The notes under the pieces: generated by a model
Database searches by the model: none
What the model was told of the DNA's origin: nothing
The model's input: only the letters and a program-made list of their open reading frames with translations
Program-made: the position numbers and the translations under genes
Part shown: piece by piece, positions 50,701 through 63,330 of the stretch
How the letters are laid out: each line of letters starts with the position of its first letter
Position numbering within the stretch: the stretch's first letter is position 1
NCBI RefSeq assembly: GCF_006345805.1
Contig: NC_043005.1
Coordinates: forward strand, 69,502,001 to 69,566,000
Reading direction: 5' to 3'
Source: Octopus sinensis
Taxonomy: Eukaryota
Length of the DNA: 64,000 bases

Positions 50701-52419
50701 ATGGAGTTCATAAGATTATGATTCCTCACATCGATTATTCCGACTTATCTGGCATCGATCACTTACAGGTATCTAGTTTTAAAGCAAGATATATGACGAG
50801 ACATCTACACCGGACGATGGAGCACACCCTGTTGCACAGTATCCCACCCGCAAGGGACAAATGGTAGATGGGTTGACACTGTCGATGTGACGAATAAAGA
50901 TTCTCGTGAATTCCTTGTTTTCTATTCCTCATTCATTAGAGACTCAATGAACAATATGGCATTCCGGTAGACAATTATATCAAAACATTTGATAACATAT
51001 GGTAGCTTAGACAGTGAAACTTGCTTTAATCGGTCTACTACTAACTGTATAACGAAAATCCAAGTAATTAATCACATATGTGTGTGTATGTGCGTGTGTG
51101 TTTGTGTATGCATTTATAATATGTATGTATATCCTCCTCATCTTCATTGCGTAGAAATTTTTATACAGTGAGCAAGTTATTTATTCTTAGATATGACATA
51201 TCATGAAACAAAATAACGATATAATTTCCGCATGCGAAAAATAAAACGAACTTGTTTAGTCTGTTCAACTTGGCGCATTCTCAATGAAGTTATTCTTTGT
51301 ATTTTATTCTATGTACACAAACATCAATGCAGATAAGATCAAAAGATCATTTTGCTATAAAACAACCCATTGAGGAAACTATATATTCCTTGCAGTGAAA
51401 GGGTACATGATAGTAAATAGACATCAAACCTATTACATTAATACCGCATTGTAAAATCATTGGCAAGGAAATTATAAAATTTAATTAGGAAAAATCTTAA
51501 CCAAACAACCTGGTGTCAGCAAAGCGTTTCAAAATTAGAAAGTATAATCTAAAACAATGTAAATAAAATACGGAAAAAGAATTCACAAGGTGCATGTGCA
51601 AAGCAATGGCATGAATTAATTTGATCATTGAGAATGAGTGTAGGTCAAGCCAGTAAATTCTAGGTGAGTAAATTGGATTTCAGTACTATTTTTCATATAT
51701 GCAAATCGGAAAATAAAGTATAGCATTTAGTTGTATATAGCATTTGCGCTATTACGCGTTAACTATCACCCACCCGTTAATCTTTTATAAGGCAGGAACA
51801 AATATTCTGTCGTGAAAATCATGGTTTAATTTTCTCGTAATTGTCATGAAGTAAGTTCAACGAACTGTTACTACGAAATAGTTTCTTCGTTTCACTAAGA
51901 CTAATATAATTGCTAATCTTCTTGCTATTGGAATATTCAGTGTTCATGTTGCAAGGAATGAACATAGTTAATGATCCCGTTATTCCAGATTTAGTTGAAA
52001 TATATGTTATATGATGTGGAATTAACACATTTTGAGTACAGGAATCACAGTATTTCTTAAAGTATTTGCATATATTCACATGATTATTTGGGGGAATTTA
52101 CTGCATTAATTATTCCTTTAGACCGTAAACAATAGCGTAAATAAAAGCGTTTAAATAGCGGTTAAACGTGAGATGAAAAGGTCGAAGTCTACCTTCGAAG
52201 TTAAAAAATGTTTTAACCTGTTATTTGACGCTATCATTTATACCGTATCTCTACAAGTTTAAAAACTTTGCTGACGTCAGTAATATATTCTAATGTTTTG
52301 GTAGAGTTTGTGTGTACACGTGTATATATCATCCTTTCAGTATAGTCAAATTTATGTGTGTGTGTATGTGTGTAGATCTAGAAAGATAGATAAATAGACA
52401 GGCAAATATATAGAAAGAT

Positions 52420-52559
<140 letters not shown>

Positions 52560-53400
52560 TCGTATGTGTGCCTTTATTTTGTTTACGATATTCGTTATAT
52601 GAAACCATGTGTTGAAAGATATGCCGTATCTTGAGTGTATCGTTTTACCAACAGAATCTCACCCACAGTCCCTGCTTCAATTCATCTTATGTTCTTATCG
52701 TACAACTAAATATAGAAATAAATATAAATATTGTAACATGAAATTGTAAGATAAGCCGCACCAGTAAGATAGTATACTGAATGCCGCGTAAGGAGTGCTA
52801 AGACAAAAATATAACTACATCGTTATTGGAAAAAAAAAACAACATATTTGCACGTTCTGTTGCGGGAGATCGTGGAATATCATAAACAAATTTGTAAGTC
52901 GGGTAAGTCAAAAGTAAACTTCCAACATGTAAATGATAAAAATGACATCACTTTTGAATTAGAAATATTCAAATTAATTTATGCAGATGCAACACTATGT
53001 CATACGCACACATATAAAGAGATATGAACAAATTTGTTGCCGTCTGAATTGTAACGATACAATAATAAAACACAGTAGACTGTATTTATTGGTAACTGAG
53101 CAGATTTTCAGCAATATGTGTACATCATAGCTGCAGTTGTCATAGCGACAGTGGTCTGTGGATATATTAGCTAATACTATATGCACTCATATACATATAT
53201 ATATATATATATATATACTACGAAAGAGGAAGAGTTTAATCATTCACCTTAAATCTGACTCTAACTTTTCAAGAGATCGCAAGATAATAACTGACCATTG
53301 GCTAGAAAATGAGGCATAGCAATTACTTTGATAAGATTCTATAATGATATACATGCTTACAAATATAACTGAAAGTAACCATATATATATTATATTATAT

Positions 53401-54713
53401 AGGAGATAAATAAAAATATATGCATACATACAAACATATATGTACGTACCTACATCTACATGTATATATACATGCATATATATAATTATAACGGAAGTAC
53501 AGGACATCACAATAAGACGTAGAAACAGAAAAAGCCAAAAACAAAAAACAAGAAAACGGAAAACGAAAACCAAATACAGGACAGGTTACACAAGGACAAA
53601 ACCCCCGTCATCAGCTGTCGCTAGAGGAGTCAGGCATGTTTCGAAGGCATAACAGAACACTAATCCAATAGGCCTTCCTGCGAGAGAATTAAAATAAAAT
53701 TTCAAGCAGCGGGGCACAATGAGTACGAACACAAACAAGACGTAACAATAAGACTGCAAAATTAAAATACAAGTACAAAAACAACACAAGAGGACGAACG
53801 AAAAAGCCTTTTTTCTGGCATAGCAAAACAAAAAAATAAAACTGCAAAAATAAAAATACATGTACAAAAAGTACAATTAGTTACAAAACGAGAAAATAAC
53901 AAGAATACTATACAGGAAATTAACCACACAAGGGGACGAACGAAGAAGCCTTTTTGCTGGCAAGGACGAAAGTGTAGTAGCAGCGCGTGGAGGCAGTCTT
54001 TTCAATAGTGGTAACCACGTGTAAAGGAATTTTGTTTTATAGGCAAGGAAGAGGGAAGGAGGAGGGGGACACGCGGCGAAGAGAGAGGAGGAGGGGGAGG
54101 GAGAAAGATTGAAGAGGTTAAAGCAAAGGGAGAGAGTACCGCATCTTCAATATAATAATAATAATAAAAAAAAAAGGGGACCAAGAAGTGGATCGAAACG
54201 ACGAATCGGAACGAACGTGATGCGGGGCGCTGTCAGACAATAAGGAGATAAATAAAAATATATGCATACATACAAACATATATGTACGTACCTACATCTA
54301 CATGTATATATACATGCATATATAAATAATTATACGGAAGTACAGGACATCACAATAAGACGTAGAAACAGAAAAAGCCAAAAAACAAAAAACAAGAAAA
54401 CGGAAAACGAAAACCAAATACAGGACAGGTTACACAAGGACAAAACCCCCGTCATCAGCTGTCGCTAGAGGAGTCAGGCATGTTTCGAAGGCATAACAGA
54501 ACACTAATCCAATAGGCTTCCTGCGAGAGAATTAAAATAAAATTTCAAGCAGCGGGGCACAATGAGTACGAACACAAACAAGACGTAACAATAAGACTGC
54601 AAAATTAAAATACAAGTACAAAAACAAACACAAGAGGACGAACGAAAAACCTTTTTTCTGGCATAGACAAACAATAAAACTGCAAAAATAAAAACATGTA
54701 CAAAAAGTACAAT
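53401..54713. repeat. Direct duplication of ~470 bp (53401-53877 and 54243-54713) with a noisy spacer
   Basis: Copies differ mainly by indels in A-runs; the spacer holds a further garbled partial copy (GGACGAACGAAGAAGCCTTTT). Confidence 0.9.
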
Positions 54714-54766
54714 ATATATATATATAATATATATATATAATATATATATAATATATATATATATAT

Positions 54767-54797
<31 letters not shown>

Positions 54798-54894
54798 ATA
54801 TATATATACTTACTTTGATACTTTGATAGGTTTCGGCCATTATTGGCCCAGGCCATGTCTAACTTAATAGCACCACCTGGTGAAGTCTTTCAAG

Positions 54895-57800
54895 TCAGAA
54901 TTTGGGCACTATGGCCCACTCAAGTAGAGAGTTATTGTTTACAGAGACATATCCAGGTGTAGGGGGTTTATCCGGGATTTCTTGAAGGAATCTGTCCAAA
55001 GACTTCTTGAACCCTATAGGGTCATTTCTGTTTTAATGTGTTTTGGTGTAATGTTAAAGAGAGCGGGGCCAATTGAGGTGAAATAATTGTGCCGTATTGT
55101 TGTTATGAGATGAGAGTGCGATTTTTGTTTTGGGCGGATGGCACGGGGCCCAAGCCTTGGATGTACCTTAAAGGTGATGCCAACATCATTTGGGCAATGC
55201 TGATGGAATATTTTCCACATCATGCAGATGATGTAGCGCTCACGACGACGTTGGAGAGAATAGTTTTAGCTTTTCTAGCCGACCCCAATAGTCGAGGCCT
55301 GTCATGTCATCTATCTTTTTTGTGATTGCCCTTTGAGGTGCTTCAACTTTTATGATACCTTGTATTGTGTGGGGAGACCACAGTGGACAACAGTATTCAA
55401 GGTGGGGTCGGGCAAAAGTGGAGAAGAGAAGGATAATGGTGTGGATATCTCTCGACTGGAAAGTTCTGAGAATCCAGGAACACATTCTGCGGGCCATGTC
55501 AACTTTGGTGTTTATATGAGTGGCCCAGCTTACGTTGTTGTCCACAATTACTCCCAAGTCTCTGATGTTGTTGGACGCCGCGAGAGTTTCACCTGAAGGA
55601 AGGGAGTATGGGAGTTTCAGGGCATCATCTTTTCCAAAGTGGATTAGCTCAAATTTATCCTCGTTCAGCAGCATATTGTTTTTTTCTGCCCATTGGATAA
55701 CAGCCAGTAGATCTGACTGAAGGCATGTCCGGTCACTCGCCTCATTTATGACCTTCTGTAGCTTGGAGCCATCTGCAAAGATTTTTATGTTGCTGTGCTT
55801 GATGATGTCATTAATGTCATTAATGTAAATGATGAAAAGAAGTGGGCCCAGCACAGTGCCTTGCGGAACGCCACTACTGACTTTGGCTGGGCTTGATTTT
55901 ACCCCTTCAACTACAACATGTTGAGATCTGTCTGTCAGGAAACACTTAATCCATTTTCAGTAACTTTCCAGAGACACCAATGTTGGATAGTTTTTTCAAT
56001 AGGATCTTGTGATCGACCCTGTCGAAGGCCTTACTGAAATCAAGGTAGATGACATCGGTGTTGGAGCCCTCTCCCAAAGCTCTCAAAATGTCCTCACAGT
56101 GATGCAGGAGCTGCGTTAGGCAGTCCCTTCCATTACGGAACCCATGTTGGTTGGAGATCAGCCGTCTGTTGCTTTCCAGAAATTGGGTTATTCGAGATCT
56201 CACCACCCTCTCAAATACCTTGATGATATGAGAGGTGAGTGAGATTGGGCGGTAATTCACTGCAAGGGACTTGTTTCCCTTTTTGAAAACTGGGACAACA
56301 GACTGGGACAGAAGGTTTTTTGGAATATAGCCAGCATCCAGTGAGTTTCTCCACAGATTAGCAAGGGGAGATGCAAGTTGGTGTCGACACACCTTCAGGA
56401 CACAAGCAGGGAACCTATTGGGGCCTACTGCTGAATTGTGTTTTATTTCGTTTATCGCCGCTAAGACATCAGGGGCACTAAACGTTATGTCCGATATAGT
56501 GTGTTGGGGGTTGACATCACTGATACAGCCCAGATCGGCCATATCAGGATTGCTGAAAACAGAGCAGTATTGTTTCTGCAGTATCTCGGCCATGGATTTG
56601 GCATTATCTTGGAGAGTGCCAGTTTCATCAATTAGAGGGCCTACAGTGGAGACAGTGACCCTGCGTTTCCTCGCAAATGAAAAGAACACTTTGGGGTTGA
56701 GTTTGATTTTTTCAATGGCCCACTTCTCCTCAGCTGATCTTTGGTTATTGATGAGGGTCTTCATGCATTGTTGGAGGTTATATTTTTTGGATTCAAGCAG
56801 TGCGATAGCCGTCGAATGTGTGTGTTGCTGTTGGCAGTACTTTAGTTTGTTAATTTTTTTGTTTGTTCTTTTTATTTTTCTGATAATGGTTTTTCTGTTT
56901 TGGGGGATTCTGCACTTTTTGTTCACAGGTCTTGGTGGGGAGTGTTTTGCACATATGTCTGTGACGGTGTCTACAAAGATCTGCCAAGATGTTTTATGGT
57001 TGGTGGAGATGTGTGTATGTATAAAGGACCAGTCAACATTTGATAGCTCGTTCCTGATTGCATCCCAGTTGGCTTTATGGAGATCCATGTTGTCAAATGG
57101 GTGGGCTGGAGGAAGGTCACTAGGATTAGCTTTCGGCTGGTGGAATTTCATGTTACAGAGAACCATGTCATGGTCTGAAAGAAGGGTTTTTTCCACTGTA
57201 ACGTTATGTATAGTGTAAGTGTGGTTACTAAACACTAGGTCCAAAATGTTCTGATGTCTTGTTGGTGCAAGGACAAGTTGGGACAAGAAAATCTCATTCG
57301 TAAAGTCGAAAAGTGACTCTGCTGCTTCTTTGTCAGCGGTTGAGGCGGGAGTGCTTGGTTTCAAACAGTTTGTAGTCCAGTCAACACAGGGTAGATTGAA
57401 GTCTCCCATCATGAGTATGTTGCTAGAATGGCACTGTTGAATAAAGCACTTAATGCTGTTGAGGCATTCTTTAAAGCACAGTATGGGTGTTTGGGGCGGC
57501 CTATAGAGCCCAATTACTGTCAGGTCATTGGCTTTGTTGTGCACGGTGACTGATTCACAGTAGCCGTTGGAGAATATACTATTTCCATCTGCCGTAAATG
57601 AATCATGCAGGAAAATGGCAGTTCCACCCTTCCTCCTGCCGATACGATCCGCGCGGATGGTTGTGAAATTCTTCACTCTCACTTCGCCTTCCAAGTGGGA
57701 GTTGTCAAGGTGGGTCTCAGTGAGAATGAAGAAAGGGATGTGGTGTGAATGGTTACCAACCCAGTCTTCAATGAATTGGACCTTCCATTTTTGTGCATTG

Positions 57801-57928
57801 ATGGAAGGGCTGACACCTTGTGCATTGAGTAGGAATGTGGAGGTTAGTGTAGTGGCTGGTTTTGACTGTTGCAGGGGGCTTGGATTTTTTGTGTGTGTTA
57901 GTGGCAGCAATGTGGGGAATTGGTGCAC
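54895..57928 (-). pseudogene. CR1 ORF2: AP endonuclease plus reverse transcriptase, frameshifted, catalytic motif reads FADG
   Basis: LTETHL, YRPP, GDFNLP, ILDLVF, SDH; YRPISLTS, QHGFR, YLDFSKAFD, GVPQGTVLGPLLF, IFADGSKL. Indels near 55955, 55250, 55025 and 54965. Confidence 0.92.
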
Positions 57929-58906
57929 TGGGGTAATAGCATAGGATGGTGCTGAGTGATGGCTAGAATGTTTTTGTGTATCTCTTTTGCCATGTTCAAC
58001 ATGGCTAAAAAAGAATTTTCCTGCTTAGGGAGCAGTTTTTGGCTGGAGGTGTGGTTGCACTGTTGGATAGGGTTGTAGTTTCCACTTTTGTTGTTGTTGT
58101 TTTTGTGTCTTCCTGAAAAGACTGGACCAGCATTACTGCAGCATGGTGTGTTTCTATTTTTATTGTTATTCAGGTTTGTGTGTTGGCTTGAGGCCCCGTT
58201 TCTGTTTGTGCGTCGGGTCCCTGGAAGATGAGTGAAGGGACAGTCACTCAGTAGACATGTTCTCTCACGTTGGGAATACCGGCAGATTTTGGGACTCCGA
58301 GTTGTGCGTGTTTTGAATTTCGATTTACTATTTGGTGGTGTTGATGTTATTGTGGGATGCGTGCTTTGGCCTTGGCCGGTAGTGCGTATAGTGCCGGGTA
58401 GATGCGTGAAGATGCAGTCACTATTTGTGCAGAGTCTCTGGCGCAGTGAATAGCGGCATATTGGGGATTTCTTGTTTGTGCCGTGGGGGGCGCATTCTGC
58501 TTCCTATGTTTCTTTAAGTTTTTGTTACTGCAGTAGTATTGAGGTGGTGATGTGGGGGAAGAGGGCAGTGGTTTCTTATTGGTTTTCTGTCGGTATTTTT
58601 GGTGATAGAAGACGATGGTGGCAGCGGTGGTGATGATGATGATGATAATTGTGGTGGTTGCTGTGAGAGCGGTGAAAAGATACTGGCATTTAGTGAATCG
58701 TCTAGTAAGCTAGAGTTGAGGAGTGGCTGTTGTTGTTCTTGTTGCTGTGGCTGTTGTTGTTGTTGTGCCTGACCGATGTCAGGGTCAGCCATTGTGCTGG
58801 GAACCAGGAGTGGCTCATTCTGTTGTTGTTGTTGTTGTGGCTGCTGATTTTCTAGCTGTTGTTGTTCTTGACATTTAGATTTTCTGTTTGGGAAAGAGAG
58901 AGCCAT
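57898..58906 (-). pseudogene. CR1 ORF1: Gln/Pro/Ser-rich N-terminus and two CX8CX4CX3H zinc fingers, frameshifted near 58510
   Basis: Frame 58503-57898 (absent from the ORF track) encodes ICRYSLRQRLCTNSDCIFTHLPGT (58458-58402) and ICRYSQRERTCLLSDCPFTHLPGT (58284-58228). Confidence 0.8.
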
Positions 58907-59782
58907 GTGTTTATTAAAACATCAATTTCGTTATCAGACCAATTTCGTCTGTTGCAGGCCTGCAAGTTAGTCATGTTTGTTTTTCTTTTGTTTGTTTTCC
59001 TTTTGATTTTTGAAAATATATATATTCTTTCTTGGGAGTTAAAGAAGTTTATATATATATAAATGTTCTCTCTTAAGGGTGTGAGTTTTTGATTATTTGG
59101 TTGTTTGAGGATATTAAAAGAAAAACAGTTGTATATAACAATTTGTAGTTAAATGAAAACGTACTTACGGGTTTGTAGGTAAACACATGGTTACAAATAT
59201 ATATATATTTAAGGTCAGTTAGTTTTGAAGCTGTGTAGCTTGCTACTGACTTGGGAGAGAAACAAATAGACGTCCGTCCACTTCAACAGTTAATCCACTT
59301 CAACAGTTATATATATATATATATATTTATGAGTGGGTGGGCATGTGTGTATAACGAGAAAGGGAGAGAGATATAAATAGATATGCAAAAACATATATAT
59401 TTTCCTGTACATGTGTGTGCAATAATAACAAGGTATTAATACATATTTACGAAGTAGTCATTATATTAACCATTTTGGTTCTCGTTCCAATTTGTGAAAG
59501 CATGATTTTCTATGCAATGGCGGCAGAAAGAGGTCAAAGATTCAAGGCAGGTTTCATTTCGCGAAAGATGACTTATCTGCAGATATAAGTAAGGATATAT
59601 TTCCATGCAGTGGAAATGAAATATTGCAATATAATTGAATGTTGACCAATTTGTAAGAAATTTTGTAATGATTTTACTGCAGAAAATGTTAGTTAGATGA
59701 GAACATTTCAACTCACTATTCCTAGATACTGTCCTCAGTTACAATTTACTTTTAAAATATATATATATCTCCCTTATATCCC

Positions 59783-60010
59783 CTAATGCTTCTCAGCACA
59801 ACGGACGAGGAGCCCTCCCCAACCAGCTTGATTGTTCGATTTCTCCTTAGCTCCAATCGAACCGACTTCCATTGTTATCATATCGTTCCAGAACGTAGTT
59901 CTCCACATCTTCCTTGGTGTTCCATTCTGTCTTTTTCCACCTTCTGACGTCCGGCGTGTAACTTGTGAATTATCAGTTCCAGTTATTTTAAGCACAACGA
60001 GAATCGATAA
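59783..60010 (-). mobile_element. RTE-clade LINE 3' end fragment
   Basis: QVTRRTSEGGKRQNGTPRKMWRTT...WGGLLVRCAEKH* resembles the RTE ORF C-terminus. Confidence 0.6.
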
Positions 60011-60019
60011 TGCGCCTGG

Positions 60020-60410
60020 CAAATTACTTAGTAGCATTTCGTCCGTCTTTACGTTCTGAATTCAAATTTCACCGAGGTCGACTTTCACTTTCTTACCTTC
60101 GGCTTATATTCAATAATTACCAGTCCAGCAATGGTGGTGGTGCCAGAGTTGCGATGTAATCAACTTATCCCCACGTCCGATATTGTTGGCTATGTGCCAA
60201 AACATAAAACCAATATTTTCTGCGTAATGTAGGGGGGTGAGATGGCAGAATGGTTAGTACGGACGAATTGCTGGTAAGCTTTTACGTTCCTAGACCAAAT
60301 TCTTCTGAGGCCGGTTTTGCTTTACATCCCTTTTGTGGTATTGTAGTGTTTGTGGTAGATATAAAACTAAATTCCAGTTGAGCACTGGGACAGATGAAAT
60401 AGGACATAAT
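60020..60410 (+). mobile_element. Two degenerate SINE family B copies
   Basis: TAGCATTTCGTCCGTCTTTACGTTCTGAATTCAAATTTCACCGAGGTCGACTTT and GAGATGGCAGAATGGTTAG heads. Confidence 0.65.
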
Positions 60411-60884
60411 GGACACAACTCCTGCCACGTAATTGTTGTCCGTCTTCCCAAGTTTGAACCCAATATTTTATAGTCAATGAAAATCGATATGAAATTTAAC
60501 CTCGATTCCTCCATTGCCCTCATATCTTCCTTACATATCACAATTATTATCATCTTTTATTATATATTGGAGATATCCTCGTAGTAAAAGATTGTAGTAA
60601 CGATTAGTTGTATTGTATCATGGTGTTACTATGTCATTCAACATAAGAACTGTAGTGATGTTGAAATTAAGTTATAAAAACGAAAGTGATTCCAAAGATG
60701 AGATTTTTTTGGTTTTGTTTTGATGTTTTATTGGGACTCACTCGAAGAAATCATTCCTATCCAATATTTGATGCAGGTAATTCATAATATGTGTGTATTG
60801 AAAACATCTAGAACATTTTAATTGTTTCCTTTTAGTTTTCTAAAGCCAAACATAGGTTTCAAATATATATATATTTTTTTTTTA

Positions 60885-61515
60885 GTGCGGTGGATTGTTA
60901 TTCGATTACATCGACCCCGTTGCTCAACGGGTATTGGTTGCATCGACTATGCAGAAATGAAAGGTAAAATCGACATCGGCTGAAGTTGAATGCAGAACGG
61001 AAAGGTAGACGATATGCAGCTTAGTATTTTGCCTGACGTGCTAACAATGCTGCCAGGTCACTGCCTTTGTAATACAGAATATAGCGTAGATAAAATTTGC
61101 CTTTCGCCCTTGCCCTGTTTATAACTAAACGTGATCTTGTGACGTCCACCTTGTCGTCTATACAGCTGAAATTAAATCGATAATTTTCTGCTGATGTACA
61201 TAAATCAACATGCATTTATGGGGATTTAACTTTCAAAACGTAATTTTGAAAATAACATGCTCTTCTAAAATTTACTAGTATATTTAAACATGAAATACAT
61301 TAACAATTGTCACCTTCTGCTATAATCAGAAGGCCTGAAATATTGTTGTAGGGGACTATTCGAGTATATATACCCTATTGTTCAAGTGGTACTTATTCAA
61401 TCGTCACTGACAGAACGGAAAGCTACGTTGACATCGGCAGCACTGGAACGCAGAGCGTAAATTCTTAAGGATTGCAGCGAAGCGTTTTTGTGCGATGTCG
61501 TAACATTTCTGATGT
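60885..61515 (-). mobile_element. Two degenerate SINE family B copies (60885-61065; 61325-61515)
   Basis: CGATTACATCGACCCC...GAAATGAAAGGTAAAATCGAC...GCTTAGTATTTTGCCTGACGTGCTAAC blocks. Confidence 0.65.
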
Positions 61516-61544
61516 CTTGCAGCATTTAATTCATTAATAAAACC

Positions 61545-62780
61545 TTAGTGTACCAGAGAAAATGTATGTCACTAATTACCAACTGGGTCCAATGGACCCA
61601 GTATATTTCTTTTAATGAAAGTTTATTCAAGTTACTGCTATTTCTTAGCTACATTATATATCAGGTAAATAAAGAATAACTGTTTCTCACGAATTTTAAT
61701 AAAAAAATACGGCTTATAGAATATATTATAAATTTTTATTAAAAATTACAAAAATACAGAATTACAGCTCTTCATGGCAGTGAATGCAGATGATATTGGA
61801 ATGTTCTTGGCAAACATAGATATTACAATTCTTACATGTAGCACGAGTTTTCCTGTCTTTTGTTAAGCCAGACAAAACACTTCCTCGTTTTTTCTTTGGC
61901 TGAGGTATCTTAAATGAGGTTGAAGATCGTCTTATTATTTTGGTTAGTTGATAAATGTTAGTAGAAGTAGAAGATTGTTTGTGATGTTCTTGTTTAGCAT
62001 TAACTCCAAGAATTTCCTTTCCTAACTGAATTCGACACTGCTTTCTTTTATCCGTGAAACTTTGCAAGTGAAGGTGTTTAGCAACAATGAAAGCATTCAC
62101 TGCACTTACATCACATCAGCCACGTTGTAGAATATAAACACAGGCCACCTTCAAGTCATTCTTGTGAACGTGAACGTCCTTACCATCTTATCTAAAGTGT
62201 CTACTCGTCCTCTTTGCTTTGTAATGACTTCTGGTTTCATTTCAGCACTTCTTGAATAAAATGAAAGCTGAGAGTGCATTGTACGGATAAGTGTAATTGC
62301 ACATATTTTCTTGAGACAACAAGATAGAATCATAGAAGCCTTTGAAATCTAAATATTGTACTGTTGAGTTCTCTTCTTTTCCATTTGCGACAGGACTTGG
62401 AAGCTCCACACCGTTCTTTCTAATTGTTCCAAAGAAATTAGTGTTTTGGCTATGCATCTTTCGAACCGATCCTAGATTTTAAAATATTATCATAAGTTAT
62501 ACTGCGACCAGTATTTTTAATTTCTTTCACCAAGGACTTTTCCGGTTTAGCTGTCAGTTGTGATAGACGGCTGACAAGATGTCACAAATTAGCTCTGTCT
62601 ATATCCATAAATCTCATAGAGTAGACCATCCAAACCGCGCTAATTGTCCTTTGCGTAACCATTCCATACTTTTTTTTTTATTTCAGTTGTTGTTATTGGC
62701 CTTTCTCAGCGAATATTATCTTCTTCCGAGAGATGCTATAGTTTCTGAAGAGAGGTAATTAAGTCCATAATTCTCAACGA
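61545..62780 (-). mobile_element. piggyBac transposase remnant (C-terminal half plus cysteine-rich domain)
   Basis: FFGTIRKNGVELP, TMH, KPEVI...GRVDTLDKMVRTF, DVSAVNAFIV, KDRKTRATCKNCNIYVCQEHSNIICIHC; palindrome CTGGGTCCAATGGACCCAG at ~61583. Confidence 0.8.
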
Positions 62781-62849
62781 CCGATCGCTTTCATCAAGGA
62801 TTGGACAAATTGCTGCTGGTAGGCGTGCAACTTTACTTGGAACCGTGCA

Positions 62850-63330
62850 TTGTCTGCATAATCTAAGCATGCACAGACTGAATTGTGATTTTCCGTCACA
62901 TCGCGGCTACTAACCACCCGAAAAAATCAAGCGGCTTGCATTTCCTCTTGTATTAGCTGCCGAGTTCTTGCCTTGTTAACGTAAGGAATCCTTGTTGTTG
63001 GCATTAAAGTAATGGTCGATGGCTATTCTTGTCAGCAGCACGACGATCGGAACACAACTTCTAATTGCTTCTTCTAGTTTACTAGCTAAATGTTCTTCTA
63101 ATGCATTTCTCTCTATCACTTTGCCGTTAGTAAATGCTATCGTTAATTTCACTTTGCAGTGCTTTCTATCACCTGTTATTCGCTATTGTACCTATCAATT
63201 GTCTCTTAACCAGCTCGCTAATGTGGTTTCGGTGGTCTTTTCAGGTCATAAATCACGCGTCTGTCTCCCAATAGCTAGTTCCCTGCCTAAGAGTTCTATC
63301 TAAGGTGACCGTGGATACCAAAAATTACCA
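62850..63330 (-). mobile_element. Possible LTR-retrotransposon gag/PBS remnant
   Basis: Minus CKPLDFSG near 62940 and TGGTATC near 63313-63319 (partial match to a Met-tRNA PBS); weak evidence only. Confidence 0.2.

Larger units (their letters stand above)
54809..59307 (-). mobile_element. Near full-length CR1-clade LINE flanked by (TA)n on both sides
   Basis: 5' UTR, ORF1, overlapping ORF2 (APE+RT), 3' stem-loop GGCCA-ATAA-TGGCC (54835-54848) and (TATCAAAG)2 tail (54813-54828). Confidence 0.9.

Noticed and set aside
56418-57218. 266-aa plus-strand ORF (and 57567-57944)
   Set aside because: Antisense shadow of CR1 ORF2 with no recognisable motifs.
59270-59307. 14-bp direct repeat (TCCACTTCAACAGT x2) at the CR1 5' end as a TSD
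   Set aside because: Both copies are at the same end and none is at the 3' end; it is more likely a 5'-end template jump or UTR repeat.
63019-63303. 94-aa plus-strand ORF
   Set aside because: No recognisable motifs; probably antisense to a decayed element.
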